Positions 54,269-64,000 of a stretch of DNA of 64,000 nucleotides are shown in pieces. The notes under the pieces are model-generated. The model worked only from the letters and a program-made list of their open reading frames with translations, did not search any database and was not told the origin of the DNA. The translations under genes were made by a program, and so were the position numbers. How positions within the stretch are numbered: the stretch's first letter is position 1; each line of letters starts with the position of its first letter. Source of the stretch: Diaphorobacter ruginosibacter (lineage in GTDB: Bacteria; Pseudomonadota; Gammaproteobacteria; Burkholderiales; Burkholderiaceae_C); assembly GCF_014395975.1 (NCBI RefSeq), contig NZ_CP060714.1, positions 4,463,686 to 4,527,685 of the forward strand, in the 5' to 3' direction.

Positions 54269-55066
54269 ATGGCGTACGAAACGCTCGAAATCGAAAACCA
54301 CGGCGCGGTGCGCCGCATCCTGCTGGCCCGCGAGGCGCAGCGCAATGCACAGAGCCAGCAGTTGCTGGACGAGTTGATGGCCGCCTTCGACGAGGCGCGT
54401 GTGGATAACTCCGTGAACGTGGTGATTGTGGGCGGCAAGGGTGCGCATTTCTCGGCGGGCCACGACCTGAAGCAGGCCCAGGCCGAGCGCGCGAACTTCA
54501 CCGTGGAGGAGCGCTGGGCCTATGAGGAACTGCGCTACTTCGACTACTCGCTCAAGATCCGGGACTTTCCCAAGCCCACCATCGCGCAGGTGCAGGGCGC
54601 CTGTGTGGCGGGCGGTTTCATGATCGCCAACATGTGCGACCTGGTGGTCGCGGGCGACAGCGCGTTCTTCTCCGACCCCGTCGGTCACACGCTCGGCGCG
54701 GCGGCCACCGAAGTGCTGATCCACCCCTGGGTGATGGGTGCGCGCAAGGCCAAGGAAATGCTCTTCACGGGTGGCAAGCTGAGCGCTCAGGAAGCGTGCG
54801 ACATCGGCATGGTCAACCGCGTGGTGCCGGATGCGGAACTGGCCGACGCCGCGCTCGCGATGGCGCAGCAGATCGCCAAGGCGCCCCCCTTCGGGCTCCG
54901 GCTCATCAAGCGCTCGATCAATCGCTCGCTCGACACGCAGGGCCTGCGCGCGTCGCTCGAGGCGCATTTCGACACGCACCAGCTTTCGCACCTGAGCGAA
55001 GGTTTTCTCACGGCGCGCGACCGCGGACTGGCGAGCGCAATCCAGAAGAACGCAGGAAAGGCCTGA
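54269..55066 (+). CDS. enoyl-CoA hydratase/isomerase family protein
   Basis: AGGAGA RBS. Crotonase fold with VVIVGGKGAHFSAGHDL. Confidence 0.85.
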   Translation: MAYETLEIENHGAVRRILLAREAQRNAQSQQLLDELMAAFDEARVDNSVNVVIVGGKGAHFSAGHDLKQAQAERANFTVEERWAYEELRYFDYSLKIRDFPKPTIAQVQGACVAGGFMIANMCDLVVAGDSAFFSDPVGHTLGAAATEVLIHPWVMGARKAKEMLFTGGKLSAQEACDIGMVNRVVPDAELADAALAMAQQIAKAPPFGLRLIKRSINRSLDTQGLRASLEAHFDTHQLSHLSEGFLTARDRGLASAIQKNAGKA

Positions 55067-55069
55067 ACC

Positions 55070-57196
55070 ATGCGCTCTCCCGTGAAGCACTCCACGCACC
55101 GCCTCGAGCCGCTGCTCAACCCCGCATCGATCGCCATCGTCGGCGCCAGCAACAACGCCGCGCGCATCGGCGGCATGCCCATCGCGCATCTCACCAAGTT
55201 TGGCTACCAGGGGCGCATCTATCCGATCAATCCGAAATATGAGCAAGTGTTCGGCCTGCGCTGCCATGCCGATATCGAATCGCTGCCCGAAGCGCCGGAC
55301 CTGGTGGTGCTCGCCATCGCGGCAGCCGATGTGCTCGCGATGCTCCGGCGCTGCGCGGCCAGGGGCGTGCGCGCGGTGATCGTCTACGCGGCGGGATTCG
55401 CCGAGGAAGGCGCCAGGGGGGCCGCCTTGCAGGCCGAACTCGAGGCCTACGTGGCGACGACCGACCTGGTGGTCGCCGGACCCAACGCGATGGGGTTTGC
55501 GAACCTGAACACGCAGGCACACACCAATTTCGCCTCGGTTTTCAACACCGCGCCCATGCAACCGGGCCGGGGCAGCGTCAGCCTGCTCACGCAGAGCGGC
55601 AACGTGTGCGCCGCGGTGTATGCGATCGCGCGCCGCCTGGGGGTGGACTTCAGCCACTTCATCAACACCGGCAACGAGGCGTGCGTGGATTTCGCGCAGT
55701 ACCTCGAATACCTCGCGCAGGACGATGCGACCGACGTGGCGCTGGGCTACATCGAAGAGCTGCGCGACGGCGAGCGCTTCATGCAGGCCGCCGAACGCTT
55801 CTCGCGCCAGGGCAAGCTGCTCGTGCTCTACAAGGCGGGGGAAACCGACAAGGGGTCGGAGGCCGTGCGCTCGCACACCTCGGCGCTTGCGGGCGACCAG
55901 GCCGTGTACCAGGCCGCGTTTCGCCAGCTCGACATCATCCAGAGCAACGATTTCGTGCAGATGGCGCAGCTCGCGCACCTCGCGGGCTACCGCCACAAGA
56001 GCGCAGGCAGGCGCGTGGCGATCATCACGATCTCGGGCGCGCTGGGCGCGATCCTGGCCGACAAGTTCATCGCGCTTGGGCTCGACGTCCCCACGCTGCC
56101 GCAGGCGCTCCAGGACACGCTGCGCAGCGGCATTCCCGACTACGGCATGGTGAGCAATCCGGTCGATGTGACCGGCAACGTGGTGAACGATCCGGGCTTC
56201 GTGCGCACCGCGATGGAGGCGCTCGCGCAGTCCGACGCGGTGGACGCGGTCGTCATCTACGCGCCGGGCTACATGCTCGACCGCATGGCGGACGACCTGT
56301 GCGCCGTGTCGCAGAAGTTCGCCAGGCTCTTCGTCGCCATCGACACCGGCGCGGCCAGGACACGCGAGCAACTGCGCGCGGGCGGCGTGCCTGTGTTCGA
56401 GGACATCGGCGTGGCGGTCTCCGCGCTGTCGCCCTTCCTGCTGTGGCAGGAGCGCCGCCGAAACAACCGCTGGCTCGACCTGCGCGGCGAAGCCCCGCCG
56501 GAGCGCACGGCGCTGCCGCCCAGCCTTGACGAATACAGCACCAAGCAGTTGCTGGTGCGGCATGGCATGCCCGCAGGTGCCGAGCGCGTGGCCACCACGG
56601 CAGACGAGGCGGCCGCGGCGGCCGAGGCGATCGGCTACCCGGTCGTGCTCAAGGTGCTGTCCGCCGACATTGCGCACAAGACGGAGGCCGGCGGTGTGCG
56701 ACTGCGCCTGCAGGACGCCGACGAGGTGCGCAAGGCCTTCACCGAAGTGCTGGCCAGTGTGCGCCGCCATGCGCCTCAGGCACGCATCGACGGCGCACTG
56801 GTCTGCCGGATGGAGTCGGGCGTGGCCGAGCTCATCGTCGGAGCGACGCGTGATCCCGTGTTCGGCATGACGCTGACCGTGGGGCTGGGCGGCGTGCTCA
56901 CCGAGCTCTACAAGGACGTGAGCCACCGCGTGCTGCCGGTGGATGCATCGATGGCGCGCGAGATGCTGGGTGAGCTGAAGGCCTTCCCGCTGCTCACCGG
57001 CTATCGGGGCCGCGCGCCCGGCGACGTGGATGCCGCATGTGCGGCCATCGCGGGCTTTTCGCGCGCGGTGCTCGCGCTGCAGGAACAGGCGGACGAGGTG
57101 GAGGTGAACCCTCTGCTCGTCAGGGAGCGAGGCCACGGGGTCTGCATGCTCGATGCGCTGGTGCTGCCCGCGAAGGCGAGCCCGCACAACCACTGA
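55070..57196 (+). CDS. NDP-forming acyl-CoA synthetase (CoA-binding and ATP-grasp domains; acetate--CoA ligase [ADP-forming] family)
   Basis: SIAIVGASNN...GYQGRIYPINP CoA-binding domain, succinyl-CoA-synthetase-like flavodoxin domain, and a C-terminal ATP-grasp. 708 aa. Confidence 0.85.
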   Translation: MRSPVKHSTHRLEPLLNPASIAIVGASNNAARIGGMPIAHLTKFGYQGRIYPINPKYEQVFGLRCHADIESLPEAPDLVVLAIAAADVLAMLRRCAARGVRAVIVYAAGFAEEGARGAALQAELEAYVATTDLVVAGPNAMGFANLNTQAHTNFASVFNTAPMQPGRGSVSLLTQSGNVCAAVYAIARRLGVDFSHFINTGNEACVDFAQYLEYLAQDDATDVALGYIEELRDGERFMQAAERFSRQGKLLVLYKAGETDKGSEAVRSHTSALAGDQAVYQAAFRQLDIIQSNDFVQMAQLAHLAGYRHKSAGRRVAIITISGALGAILADKFIALGLDVPTLPQALQDTLRSGIPDYGMVSNPVDVTGNVVNDPGFVRTAMEALAQSDAVDAVVIYAPGYMLDRMADDLCAVSQKFARLFVAIDTGAARTREQLRAGGVPVFEDIGVAVSALSPFLLWQERRRNNRWLDLRGEAPPERTALPPSLDEYSTKQLLVRHGMPAGAERVATTADEAAAAAEAIGYPVVLKVLSADIAHKTEAGGVRLRLQDADEVRKAFTEVLASVRRHAPQARIDGALVCRMESGVAELIVGATRDPVFGMTLTVGLGGVLTELYKDVSHRVLPVDASMAREMLGELKAFPLLTGYRGRAPGDVDAACAAIAGFSRAVLALQEQADEVEVNPLLVRERGHGVCMLDALVLPAKASPHNH

Positions 57197-57243
57197 TTTT
57201 TCCGACCTCACTATCCACAGCAAACCAAGAGGAGACAAGTACC

Positions 57244-58212
57244 ATGAAGCTCAAGCACATCCTGGCCACCATGGCCGTCGCAGTCGCCGCCGTGTGCGGC
57301 AGCGCCCAGGCGCAGAACTATCCGACCAAGCCGGTGACCATCGTCGTGCCCTTCTCGCCCGGCGGCGCCACCGACATCATGGCCCGCGCGCTGTCCGAGC
57401 GCATGAGCACCAAGCTCGGCCAGCCGGTGATCGTGGAGAACAAGCCCGGGGCCGGCACGGTGATCGCATCGGACTATGTGGCGCGCGCCAACCCCGATGG
57501 CCACACGCTGCTGCTCGCCGCGTCGTCGCTCGGCATCGCACCGTCGCTGTACAAGAAGGTGAACTACGATCCGGTGAAGGACTTCACGCCGGTCTCGCTG
57601 GTGGCATCGGTCGTCCATGTGCTGGAGGTGCATCCCAGCGTGCCGGCCCACAACGTGGCCGAGCTGGTGGCCTGGCTCAAGGCGAACCCTGCCAAGGGCA
57701 GCTACGGCTCCGTGGGCGCGGGCACGTCGACGCACCTGGAGTCCGAGCTCTTCAAGACCATGTCCGGTGCCAACATGGAGCACGTGCCCTACAAGGGCAG
57801 CGCCCCCGCCCTGATGGACCTCGTGGGCGGCAACATCAACGTGATGTTCGATGCCTATGCTTCGTCCAAGCCGTTCATCAACGACAAGAAGGTGCGCCTG
57901 CTCGCCGTCACGACGGCCAAGCGCTCCAGGCTGCTGCCCGATACGCCGACCGTGGCCGAGTCCGGCCTGCCGGGCTACGAGGCCATGCCGTGGCTCGGCT
58001 TCGTGGCGCCCGCGGGCACGCCGGCGCCCGTGGTGAACAAGCTCTACGCCACGCTGCAGGAGATCCTCAAGGAGCAGCCGATCCAGGAGAAGTTCGATGC
58101 GCTGGGGCTGGAGATCATCGGCAACAAGCCGGACGAGTTCGCGGCCTTCCTGAAGAACGACATCGTGAAGTGGACGAAGGTCGTGAAGGATTCCGGCGCG
58201 AAGGCGGACTGA
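57244..58212 (+). CDS. Bug-family (TctC-like) periplasmic binding protein
   Basis: AGGAGA RBS, a signal peptide, and QNYPTKPVTIVVPFSPGGATDIMAR. Confidence 0.85.
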   Translation: MKLKHILATMAVAVAAVCGSAQAQNYPTKPVTIVVPFSPGGATDIMARALSERMSTKLGQPVIVENKPGAGTVIASDYVARANPDGHTLLLAASSLGIAPSLYKKVNYDPVKDFTPVSLVASVVHVLEVHPSVPAHNVAELVAWLKANPAKGSYGSVGAGTSTHLESELFKTMSGANMEHVPYKGSAPALMDLVGGNINVMFDAYASSKPFINDKKVRLLAVTTAKRSRLLPDTPTVAESGLPGYEAMPWLGFVAPAGTPAPVVNKLYATLQEILKEQPIQEKFDALGLEIIGNKPDEFAAFLKNDIVKWTKVVKDSGAKAD

Positions 58213-58299
58213 TCGCCACCGTTTTTTTTCAGCCATCCGCCCTCTCCTGCAAACCGGGAGGGGCGTGAAACCAATAGACATTCGAAAGACCGCAGCACC

Positions 58300-59490
58300 A
58301 TGCAAGTGGGCTATTCACCCGAAGACGAAGCGTTCCGCATCACCCTGCGCGACTGGTTTGAAACCCACTTCCCCCGATTCAAGGCTGCGTGGCCTGCCGA
58401 ACCCGACCCCAACGACTTCGAGTGGCGCCGCGCCTGGGAGGACTACGTCTGCGCGGCGGGCTGGTCCGGCCTCGGCTGGCCCGCGCAGTATGGCGGCCGG
58501 AACTGGCCGCTTACGCGGCAGGCGATCTTTCACGAGGAGCAGGCGCGCATCGGCGCACCGCTGGGCGTGAACATCATCGGGCACGGCATCCTCGGCCCCA
58601 CGCTGATCCACTTTGCAAGCGAGGCGCAGAAGCAGCGCTTCCTGCCGGGCATCCTGAGCAACCGCGAGATCTGGTGCCAGGGCTACTCCGAGCCGGGCGC
58701 GGGCTCCGACCTGGCATCGCTCGCAACGCGTGCCGAACGCCGGGACGACCACTACCTGCTGAACGGCCACAAGGTGTGGACGTCGTTCGCGCACATTGCC
58801 GACTATTGCTTCGTGCTCGCGCGCACCGATGCCTCGCTGCCGCGCCACAAGGGCATCAGTTTTCTGCTGGTCGACATGAAGCTGCCGGGCGTGCGCGTGG
58901 AGCCGATTCGCCAGATCACCGGCGAGTCCGATTTCAACGAAGTGTTCTTCGAGGACGTGAAGGTGCCGTTCGATGCGCTGGTCGGCGAGGAGAACGGCGG
59001 CTGGCGCCTGGCGATGGCGGCGGCCAGCTTCGAGCGCGGCACCTACTTCATCCCGCGCCAGGTGCGCTTCGCACAGGAGGTGCGGGCACTTGGCAGGCTG
59101 GCCGCGGACACCCCGGGCGAGAGCGGCCTGACGCGGCTCGACGACCCGCACCTGCGCCGCGATATCGCGCGGCTGGCGATCGACAGCCATGTGCTCCGGC
59201 TCAAGACCTTTCGCGCTCTCACGCATGCGCTGCGCGGGGGCCCGCCCGGCCCCGAGGGATCGGCCACCAAGCTGCACTGGAGCGAGTCGCACCAGAAGCT
59301 GATGGCGCTGGCGGAGGAGGTCCTGGGCGAACGCGCGCTCGCAGGCCCCGGTCCCGACGCGGACGACCGCGAAGCCGCGGGCTGGACGCGGGACTACCTG
59401 TGGACGCGCGCCGAAACGATCCTCGCGGGAACCTCCGAGGTTCAACGGAACATTCTTGCCGAGCAGATGCTGCAACTCCCCAAGGGCTGA
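58300..59490 (+). CDS. acyl-CoA dehydrogenase family protein
   Basis: ACAD N, middle and C-terminal domains (CQGYSEPGAGSDLASL). Confidence 0.85.
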   Translation: MQVGYSPEDEAFRITLRDWFETHFPRFKAAWPAEPDPNDFEWRRAWEDYVCAAGWSGLGWPAQYGGRNWPLTRQAIFHEEQARIGAPLGVNIIGHGILGPTLIHFASEAQKQRFLPGILSNREIWCQGYSEPGAGSDLASLATRAERRDDHYLLNGHKVWTSFAHIADYCFVLARTDASLPRHKGISFLLVDMKLPGVRVEPIRQITGESDFNEVFFEDVKVPFDALVGEENGGWRLAMAAASFERGTYFIPRQVRFAQEVRALGRLAADTPGESGLTRLDDPHLRRDIARLAIDSHVLRLKTFRALTHALRGGPPGPEGSATKLHWSESHQKLMALAEEVLGERALAGPGPDADDREAAGWTRDYLWTRAETILAGTSEVQRNILAEQMLQLPKG

Positions 59491-59500
59491 ACGGACAACC

Positions 59501-60553
59501 ATGGACTTCGCACTCAACGACGAGCAGCAGATGCTGCAGGAATCAGCCCGGCGCTTCTTTGCCGACCACCACCCGCTGGCGCGCGCGCGCAAGGCATTGC
59601 CCTTTTCCGCGCCCGAGCAGCAGCGGCTCTGGGCCGACATGGCCGGCATGGGCTGGATGGCCCTCCTCGCCCCGGAATCGATGGACGGATTGGGGCTGGG
59701 GCTCACCGAGGCCTGCCTCGTGGCCGAGGCCGCGGGCGGACAGCTGCTGAACCTGCCCTGGGCGAGCAGCGCGGTGCTGGTGCCGCTCTGGGTCAAGGCG
59801 GCAGGAAAAAACGCGCCAGAGGCCCTTCAATCGCTTCTGAGCGGCATTCTGGCGGGGGAGCGTGCCGTCCACTGCGTCGATGCGGGCGACCGGCTCTGGA
59901 ATTTCGCCGCGCAATGCACCGACACGGTCGTGGTTCGCGGGCTGAACGATGCATCGCAGCCGCTGCAGGTGGCGATCGTGCCGGCGGCACCGGCACCGGC
60001 CCCGGCCCCTGCCCCTGCCGCGGGACTGGACCCGACACTGCGCCAGGAACTCCCGCCGCGGGCGGCGAACGCCCTCGACTGGCTGGACCTGGGAGCCATC
60101 GACGAGAAGGACAGGGAGCACGCCCGCAGCGCCTGGCGGCTCATGCAATGTGCGGAACTCGTGGGTGTCGCGCAGGCCGCGCTGCTGCTGGGCGCGGGCT
60201 ACGCCGCGGAGCGGGTGCAGTTCGGCAAGCCCATCGGCAGCTACCAGGCCATCAAGCACCAGCTGGCGAATGCGTGGATGGCGGTGGACAACGCCCGCCT
60301 GGCGCTGTGGTACGCGACGGCGGCGCTCGACGGCGGCCTGCCCGATGCGTCCTTTGCATGCGCTGCCGCCGAGTTCACGGCCATCGAGGGGGCGCAGCTC
60401 ACCACACGCACGGTGATCCAGGTGCATGGCGGCATGGGCTTCACATGGGAGCACGATGCCCACCTGTTCCTCAAGCGGGCGCAGTTGCTGGCGATTCGCC
60501 TGGGCGGTGCCTCGGGAGCGCTGTCGCGCGTGGAGGCGCTTGCGCTCGCCTGA
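59501..60553 (+). CDS. acyl-CoA dehydrogenase family protein (second, shorter paralogue)
   Basis: MDFALNDEQQMLQESARRFFADHHP...QVHGGMGFTWEHDAHLF; starts 10 nt after the upstream ACAD. Confidence 0.8.
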   Translation: MDFALNDEQQMLQESARRFFADHHPLARARKALPFSAPEQQRLWADMAGMGWMALLAPESMDGLGLGLTEACLVAEAAGGQLLNLPWASSAVLVPLWVKAAGKNAPEALQSLLSGILAGERAVHCVDAGDRLWNFAAQCTDTVVVRGLNDASQPLQVAIVPAAPAPAPAPAPAAGLDPTLRQELPPRAANALDWLDLGAIDEKDREHARSAWRLMQCAELVGVAQAALLLGAGYAAERVQFGKPIGSYQAIKHQLANAWMAVDNARLALWYATAALDGGLPDASFACAAAEFTAIEGAQLTTRTVIQVHGGMGFTWEHDAHLFLKRAQLLAIRLGGASGALSRVEALALA

Positions 60554-60589
60554 AGGAGGGGTGCCCGCTCTCAGAGCGGGTCCAGGCCC

Positions 60590-61705
60590 TCAGGCACGCG
60601 GTGCGGTCTCGCGGCGCGTGCGCACGGCCGCTGCCAGCTGCTCCAGCACGGGAACCGTCTGGTCGAAGCTGATGCAGGCATCGGTCACCGACACGCCGTG
60701 CCTGAGCTCCTGCCCTTCCACGATGTCCTGGCGCCCTTCCTCGAGGTGGCTCTCGATCATCACGCCCGTGATGCGCCGGTCGCCAGCGGCCACCTGCCGT
60801 GCGACGTCTTCGGCCACGACGATCTGGCGCGCGTGCTGCTTGCTGCTGTTGGCGTGCGAGAGGTCGATCATCACCTGCTCGCGCAGGCCCGATTTCTTCA
60901 GCAGTTCGCAGGCTGCGTTCACGTCCTCGGCGCTGTAGTTGGGCTGCTTGCCGCCGCGCAGGATCACGTGGCAGTCATCGTTGCCGCGGGTCTCGAAAAT
61001 GGCGGACTGGCCCATCTTGGTCATGCCCATGAAGGCGTGAGACGCCTGCGCGGCCAGGATCGCATCGGAGGCCACCTTCACGCCGCCATCGGTGCCGTTC
61101 TTGAAGCCCACCGGGCACGACAGGCCGCTGGCGAGCTGGCGGTGGCTCTGGCTTTCGGTCGTGCGGGCACCGATGGCACCCCAGCTGACCAGGTCGCTGA
61201 TGAACTGCGGCGACAGCAGATCGAGGAATTCCGTGGCCACGGGCAGGCCCAGTTCAAGAATGTCCAGCAGCAGCGCGCGCGCCATCTGCACGCCATCGTT
61301 GATGGCGAAGCTGTCGTCCATGCGCGGATCGTTGATGTAGCCCTTCCATCCCACCGTGGTGCGGGGCTTCTCGAAGTACACGCGCATCACGATGAGCAGC
61401 TCGCCCGACAGGGCCTCGGCCTGCTTCCTGAGCTTGCATGCGTATTCGATAGCCTGGTCATGGTCGTGAATCGAGCACGGGCCCACCACCACTACCAGGC
61501 GGTCGTCCTGTCCGTGCAGCACCTTCGAGATGGCGGCGCGGCTGGACTCCACCAGGTCCGATGCATCCTGGGGCGTGGGCAGCCACTCCTGCAGCAGCGC
61601 GGGCGTGATCAGCGGGCGTACGGCCTTGATGCGCAGATCGTCGATGCGCGTGGTGTCGTGGGTGGATGCCTGGGGCTTGTGGGTGGGGGTGATGTTCTGG
61701 GTCAT
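60590..61705 (-). CDS. class I (AroG/AroF-type) 3-deoxy-7-phosphoheptulonate synthase
   Basis: Full-length DAHP synthase I-alpha, including the metal-binding Cys in LVVVVGPCSIHD. Confidence 0.9.
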   Translation of the reverse strand: MTQNITPTHKPQASTHDTTRIDDLRIKAVRPLITPALLQEWLPTPQDASDLVESSRAAISKVLHGQDDRLVVVVGPCSIHDHDQAIEYACKLRKQAEALSGELLIVMRVYFEKPRTTVGWKGYINDPRMDDSFAINDGVQMARALLLDILELGLPVATEFLDLLSPQFISDLVSWGAIGARTTESQSHRQLASGLSCPVGFKNGTDGGVKVASDAILAAQASHAFMGMTKMGQSAIFETRGNDDCHVILRGGKQPNYSAEDVNAACELLKKSGLREQVMIDLSHANSSKQHARQIVVAEDVARQVAAGDRRITGVMIESHLEEGRQDIVEGQELRHGVSVTDACISFDQTVPVLEQLAAAVRTRRETAPRA

Positions 61706-61797
61706 GGTGCGCCATTGTCCCGCAATGGCGGCGGCCCCGTGTTTCGGGGCTTGGTGCTTGCAGAGGGGCGCGCGGCGGCGGGAGCCACGCCGCGGGG

Positions 61798-62292
61798 TCA
61801 GAACCGCCGGAAGGACATGCGCTGCCGGGACCAGTACTTCGACTGCAGCGAGTCGAGCCGCACCGTTCCGCCCGTCGACGGCGCATGGACAAAGCGCCCG
61901 TTGCCCACATAGATGCCGGCATGCGTGGGCCGCGAGCCGCCGAACAGCACCAGGTCTCCGGTGCGCAGGTCATCCTCGGAGATGGACTTGCCGAACTCGT
62001 CGAGCTGGGAGACCGTGCGTGGCGGGGCCACGCCCGCCGTGTTCTGGTACACGTAGCCGATGAGCCCGCTGCAGTCGAAGCCGCCGGCCGGGGTGTTGCC
62101 GCCATAGCGGTATGGCGTGCCGACGAGGCCCATGGCATGGATGGCGATGTCGTCGGCCTGTGCCTCGGAGAGGCGCGAAACGCCCTGCCCCCAGGTGCCG
62201 GAGGAGGACGTGCGTGACGTGGTGGGGGCCGAGCCGCATGCGGCAAGCAGCACGGCGACGGCCAGTGTCAGGCAGGTTTGAAGTGCTCGCAT
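61798..62292 (-). CDS. NlpC/P60 (C40) family cell-wall peptidase lipoprotein
   Basis: Lipobox LLAACGS and a catalytic Cys in GFDCSGLIGYVY with H further downstream. Confidence 0.8.
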   Translation of the reverse strand: MRALQTCLTLAVAVLLAACGSAPTTSRTSSSGTWGQGVSRLSEAQADDIAIHAMGLVGTPYRYGGNTPAGGFDCSGLIGYVYQNTAGVAPPRTVSQLDEFGKSISEDDLRTGDLVLFGGSRPTHAGIYVGNGRFVHAPSTGGTVRLDSLQSKYWSRQRMSFRRF

Positions 62293-62417
62293 GGAGGCCA
62301 AGGGTAACAGCAGCGGGCTCGTGGCCCAAGTGTTTCCCTTACTGCGCGCGGGCTTGTGGTCCGGCGCTTGCTCCTGCTCGCCTGCCCTGTGGGGCAGGGA
62401 ACATCCAGCCAGGCGGA

Positions 62418-64000
62418 TCAGGCTGCCGTGGTATCGGCCGTTGATTCTTCTTGCCCCACGCGCCGCGCATGGAGGCGGTTCGCCACGCTCACCACCGCCT
62501 GCACCGAGGCCGTCATGATGTTGGCGCTCATGCCCGCGCCGAAGGTGGAACCCGCCACGCCTTCCATCGCCGCCTCGATGATCGCCAGCGCCTGTGCATT
62601 CGCACCGCTGCCCGTGGCGCGTTCCTCGTAGTGGTCCACTCGCAGCGGCAGGCCGAGCGCGTCCACGGTCGCGGCGATCGGGCCGTTGCCCTCGCCCTGG
62701 AGCGTCTGGCGCACGCCGTTGATGGTCACGTCGAGCTCGATGCTGTGGCCGTCGTGCGTCACGTGATGCGCATGGCACACGATGGCCTCGGCCGTGTCCG
62801 GCGTGGCGAGGTAGGTCGCGTCGAACAGCTTCCAGAGCGCATCGCCGGTCATCTCGGTTTCGCTGGCGTCGGTCTGGCGCTGTACCACCGCGCTGAACTC
62901 CACCTGCATGCGGCGCGGCATCACCACGCCATGCTCGCGCTCCATGAGGAAGGAGATGCCGCCCTTGCCCGACTGGCTGTTCACGCGGATCACGCTGTCA
63001 TACGTGCGGCCCAGGTCCGCGGGGTCGATGGGGAGGTAGGGCACTTCCCAGACGCCGTTCGGATCCTGCGCGGCGAAGCCCTTCTTGATCGCATCCTGGT
63101 GGGAGCCGGAGAACGCGGTGAACACCAGGTCGCCCGCGTACGGGTGGCGCGGGTGAATCGGCAGCGAGGTGCACTCCTCCGCGATGCGCGCCACGCCGGT
63201 GATGTCGGAGAAGTCGAGCTCGGGATCGACGCCCTGGGTGTACATGTTGAGCGCAACGGTCACGACGTCCACGTTGCCGCAGCGTTCGCCATTGCCGAAG
63301 AGGCACCCTTCCACGCGGTCCGCGCCGGCCATCATCGCGAACTCGGCGGCCGCCACGCCCGTGCCGCGATCGTTGTGCGGATGCACGGAGAGCACGATGT
63401 GCTCGCGCGGAACGAGATGGCGATGCATCCACTCGATCTGGTCCGCGAACACGTTCGGCGTCGCGTTCTCCACCGTGGTCGGGAGGTTGATGATGATCTT
63501 GCGATCCGGGCCCACGCCCCAGGCCTCGATGGCGGTCTGGCAGGCCGCGAGCGAGACCTCGAGTTCGGCGCTGCTGAAGGTCTCGGGCGAGTACTGCAAG
63601 GTCCACTCCGTCTCGGGATGCGCATCGGAGCGCATCTTGAAGTGCGACACATGGTGCTTCACGAGCTGCATCACCTGCGGAACGTCCATGTTGAAGACGA
63701 TCTTGCGCCACGCGGGCGCCACTGCGTTGTAGATGTGGACGATGGCGCGCCTGGCACCCTTCACCGCCTCCACCGTGCGGTCGATCAGGTCCTCGCGCGA
63801 CTGTGTCATCACCATGATGGTCACGTCGTCGGGAATCAGGTCCTCGTCGATGAGGCGGCGCACGAAGTCGAAGTCGGTCTGCGAGGCTGCGGGAAAACCT
63901 ACCTCGATCTGCTTGAAGCCGATGCGCACGAGCTCCTTGTAGAGCTGCATCTTGCGCTCGCCGTTCATGGGCTCGAACAACGCCTGGTTGCCATCGCGCA
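62418..64000 (-). CDS. leuA: 2-isopropylmalate synthase, long-form LeuA, 5' partial (N-terminus beyond window end)
   Basis: HMGL-like catalytic domain (VHPHNDRGTGVAAAE) and a C-terminal LeuA regulatory domain. The ORF remains open at 64000. Confidence 0.9.
   Translation of the reverse strand, partial: RDGNQALFEPMNGERKMQLYKELVRIGFKQIEVGFPAASQTDFDFVRRLIDEDLIPDDVTIMVMTQSREDLIDRTVEAVKGARRAIVHIYNAVAPAWRKIVFNMDVPQVMQLVKHHVSHFKMRSDAHPETEWTLQYSPETFSSAELEVSLAACQTAIEAWGVGPDRKIIINLPTTVENATPNVFADQIEWMHRHLVPREHIVLSVHPHNDRGTGVAAAEFAMMAGADRVEGCLFGNGERCGNVDVVTVALNMYTQGVDPELDFSDITGVARIAEECTSLPIHPRHPYAGDLVFTAFSGSHQDAIKKGFAAQDPNGVWEVPYLPIDPADLGRTYDSVIRVNSQSGKGGISFLMEREHGVVMPRRMQVEFSAVVQRQTDASETEMTGDALWKLFDATYLATPDTAEAIVCHAHHVTHDGHSIELDVTINGVRQTLQGEGNGPIAATVDALGLPLRVDHYEERATGSGANAQALAIIEAAMEGVAGSTFGAGMSANIMTASVQAVVSVANRLHARRVGQEESTADTTAA

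Noticed and set aside
1-64000. Genomic island, prophage or mobile element
   Set aside because: There are no integrase, transposase, tRNA or phage structural genes and no flanking direct repeats. GC content is uniformly high except at the DnaA-box AT-rich tracts. Housekeeping anchors (mnmG, rsmG, parAB, leuA, aroG/F-type DAHP synthase) indicate core chromosome.

Overview
A high-GC (about 68-70%) betaproteobacterial chromosomal segment, Comamonadaceae-like, is densely coded on both strands. It is origin-proximal: rsmG(gidB)-mnmG(gidA) and parA/parB are present, at least four parS palindromes (TGTTTCACGTGAAACA) sit in or next to mnmG, and two intergenic clusters of perfect DnaA boxes (TTATCCACA) with AT-rich tracts lie at about 40.6-41.0 kb and 51.9-52.3 kb. 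The rest is mostly housekeeping and accessory metabolism. This includes a partial dadA-like gene, FAD oxidase, SGNH hydrolase, two Bug/TctC binding proteins, M20 peptidase, and an MFS/AraC pair. It also includes a small-stress-protein cluster, GST, OYE reductase, cobB, and the copA-copZ-cueR copper module with two MerR-type operators. Further genes are a hybrid sensor kinase, a LuxR regulator, dctA, rdgC, Spy/CpxP and a PagL-like protein. An IclR-controlled acyl-CoA cluster, aroG/F-type DAHP synthase, NlpC/P60 and partial leuA complete the set. The standout is a five-gene minus-strand operon (35364->25250): DUF2170 (YjfI-like), PspA/IM30 (YjfJ-like, ESCRT-III superfamily), YqiJ/NfeD-like membrane protein, flotillin (YqiK-like), and an 1850-aa protein carrying a MoxR/dynein-type AAA+ domain. 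This merges two separate E. coli envelope modules (yjfIJ, yqiJK) with a giant ATPase and is a candidate uncharacterised membrane-remodelling or envelope-defence system. No rRNA/tRNA, CRISPR, transposase or integrase was seen.
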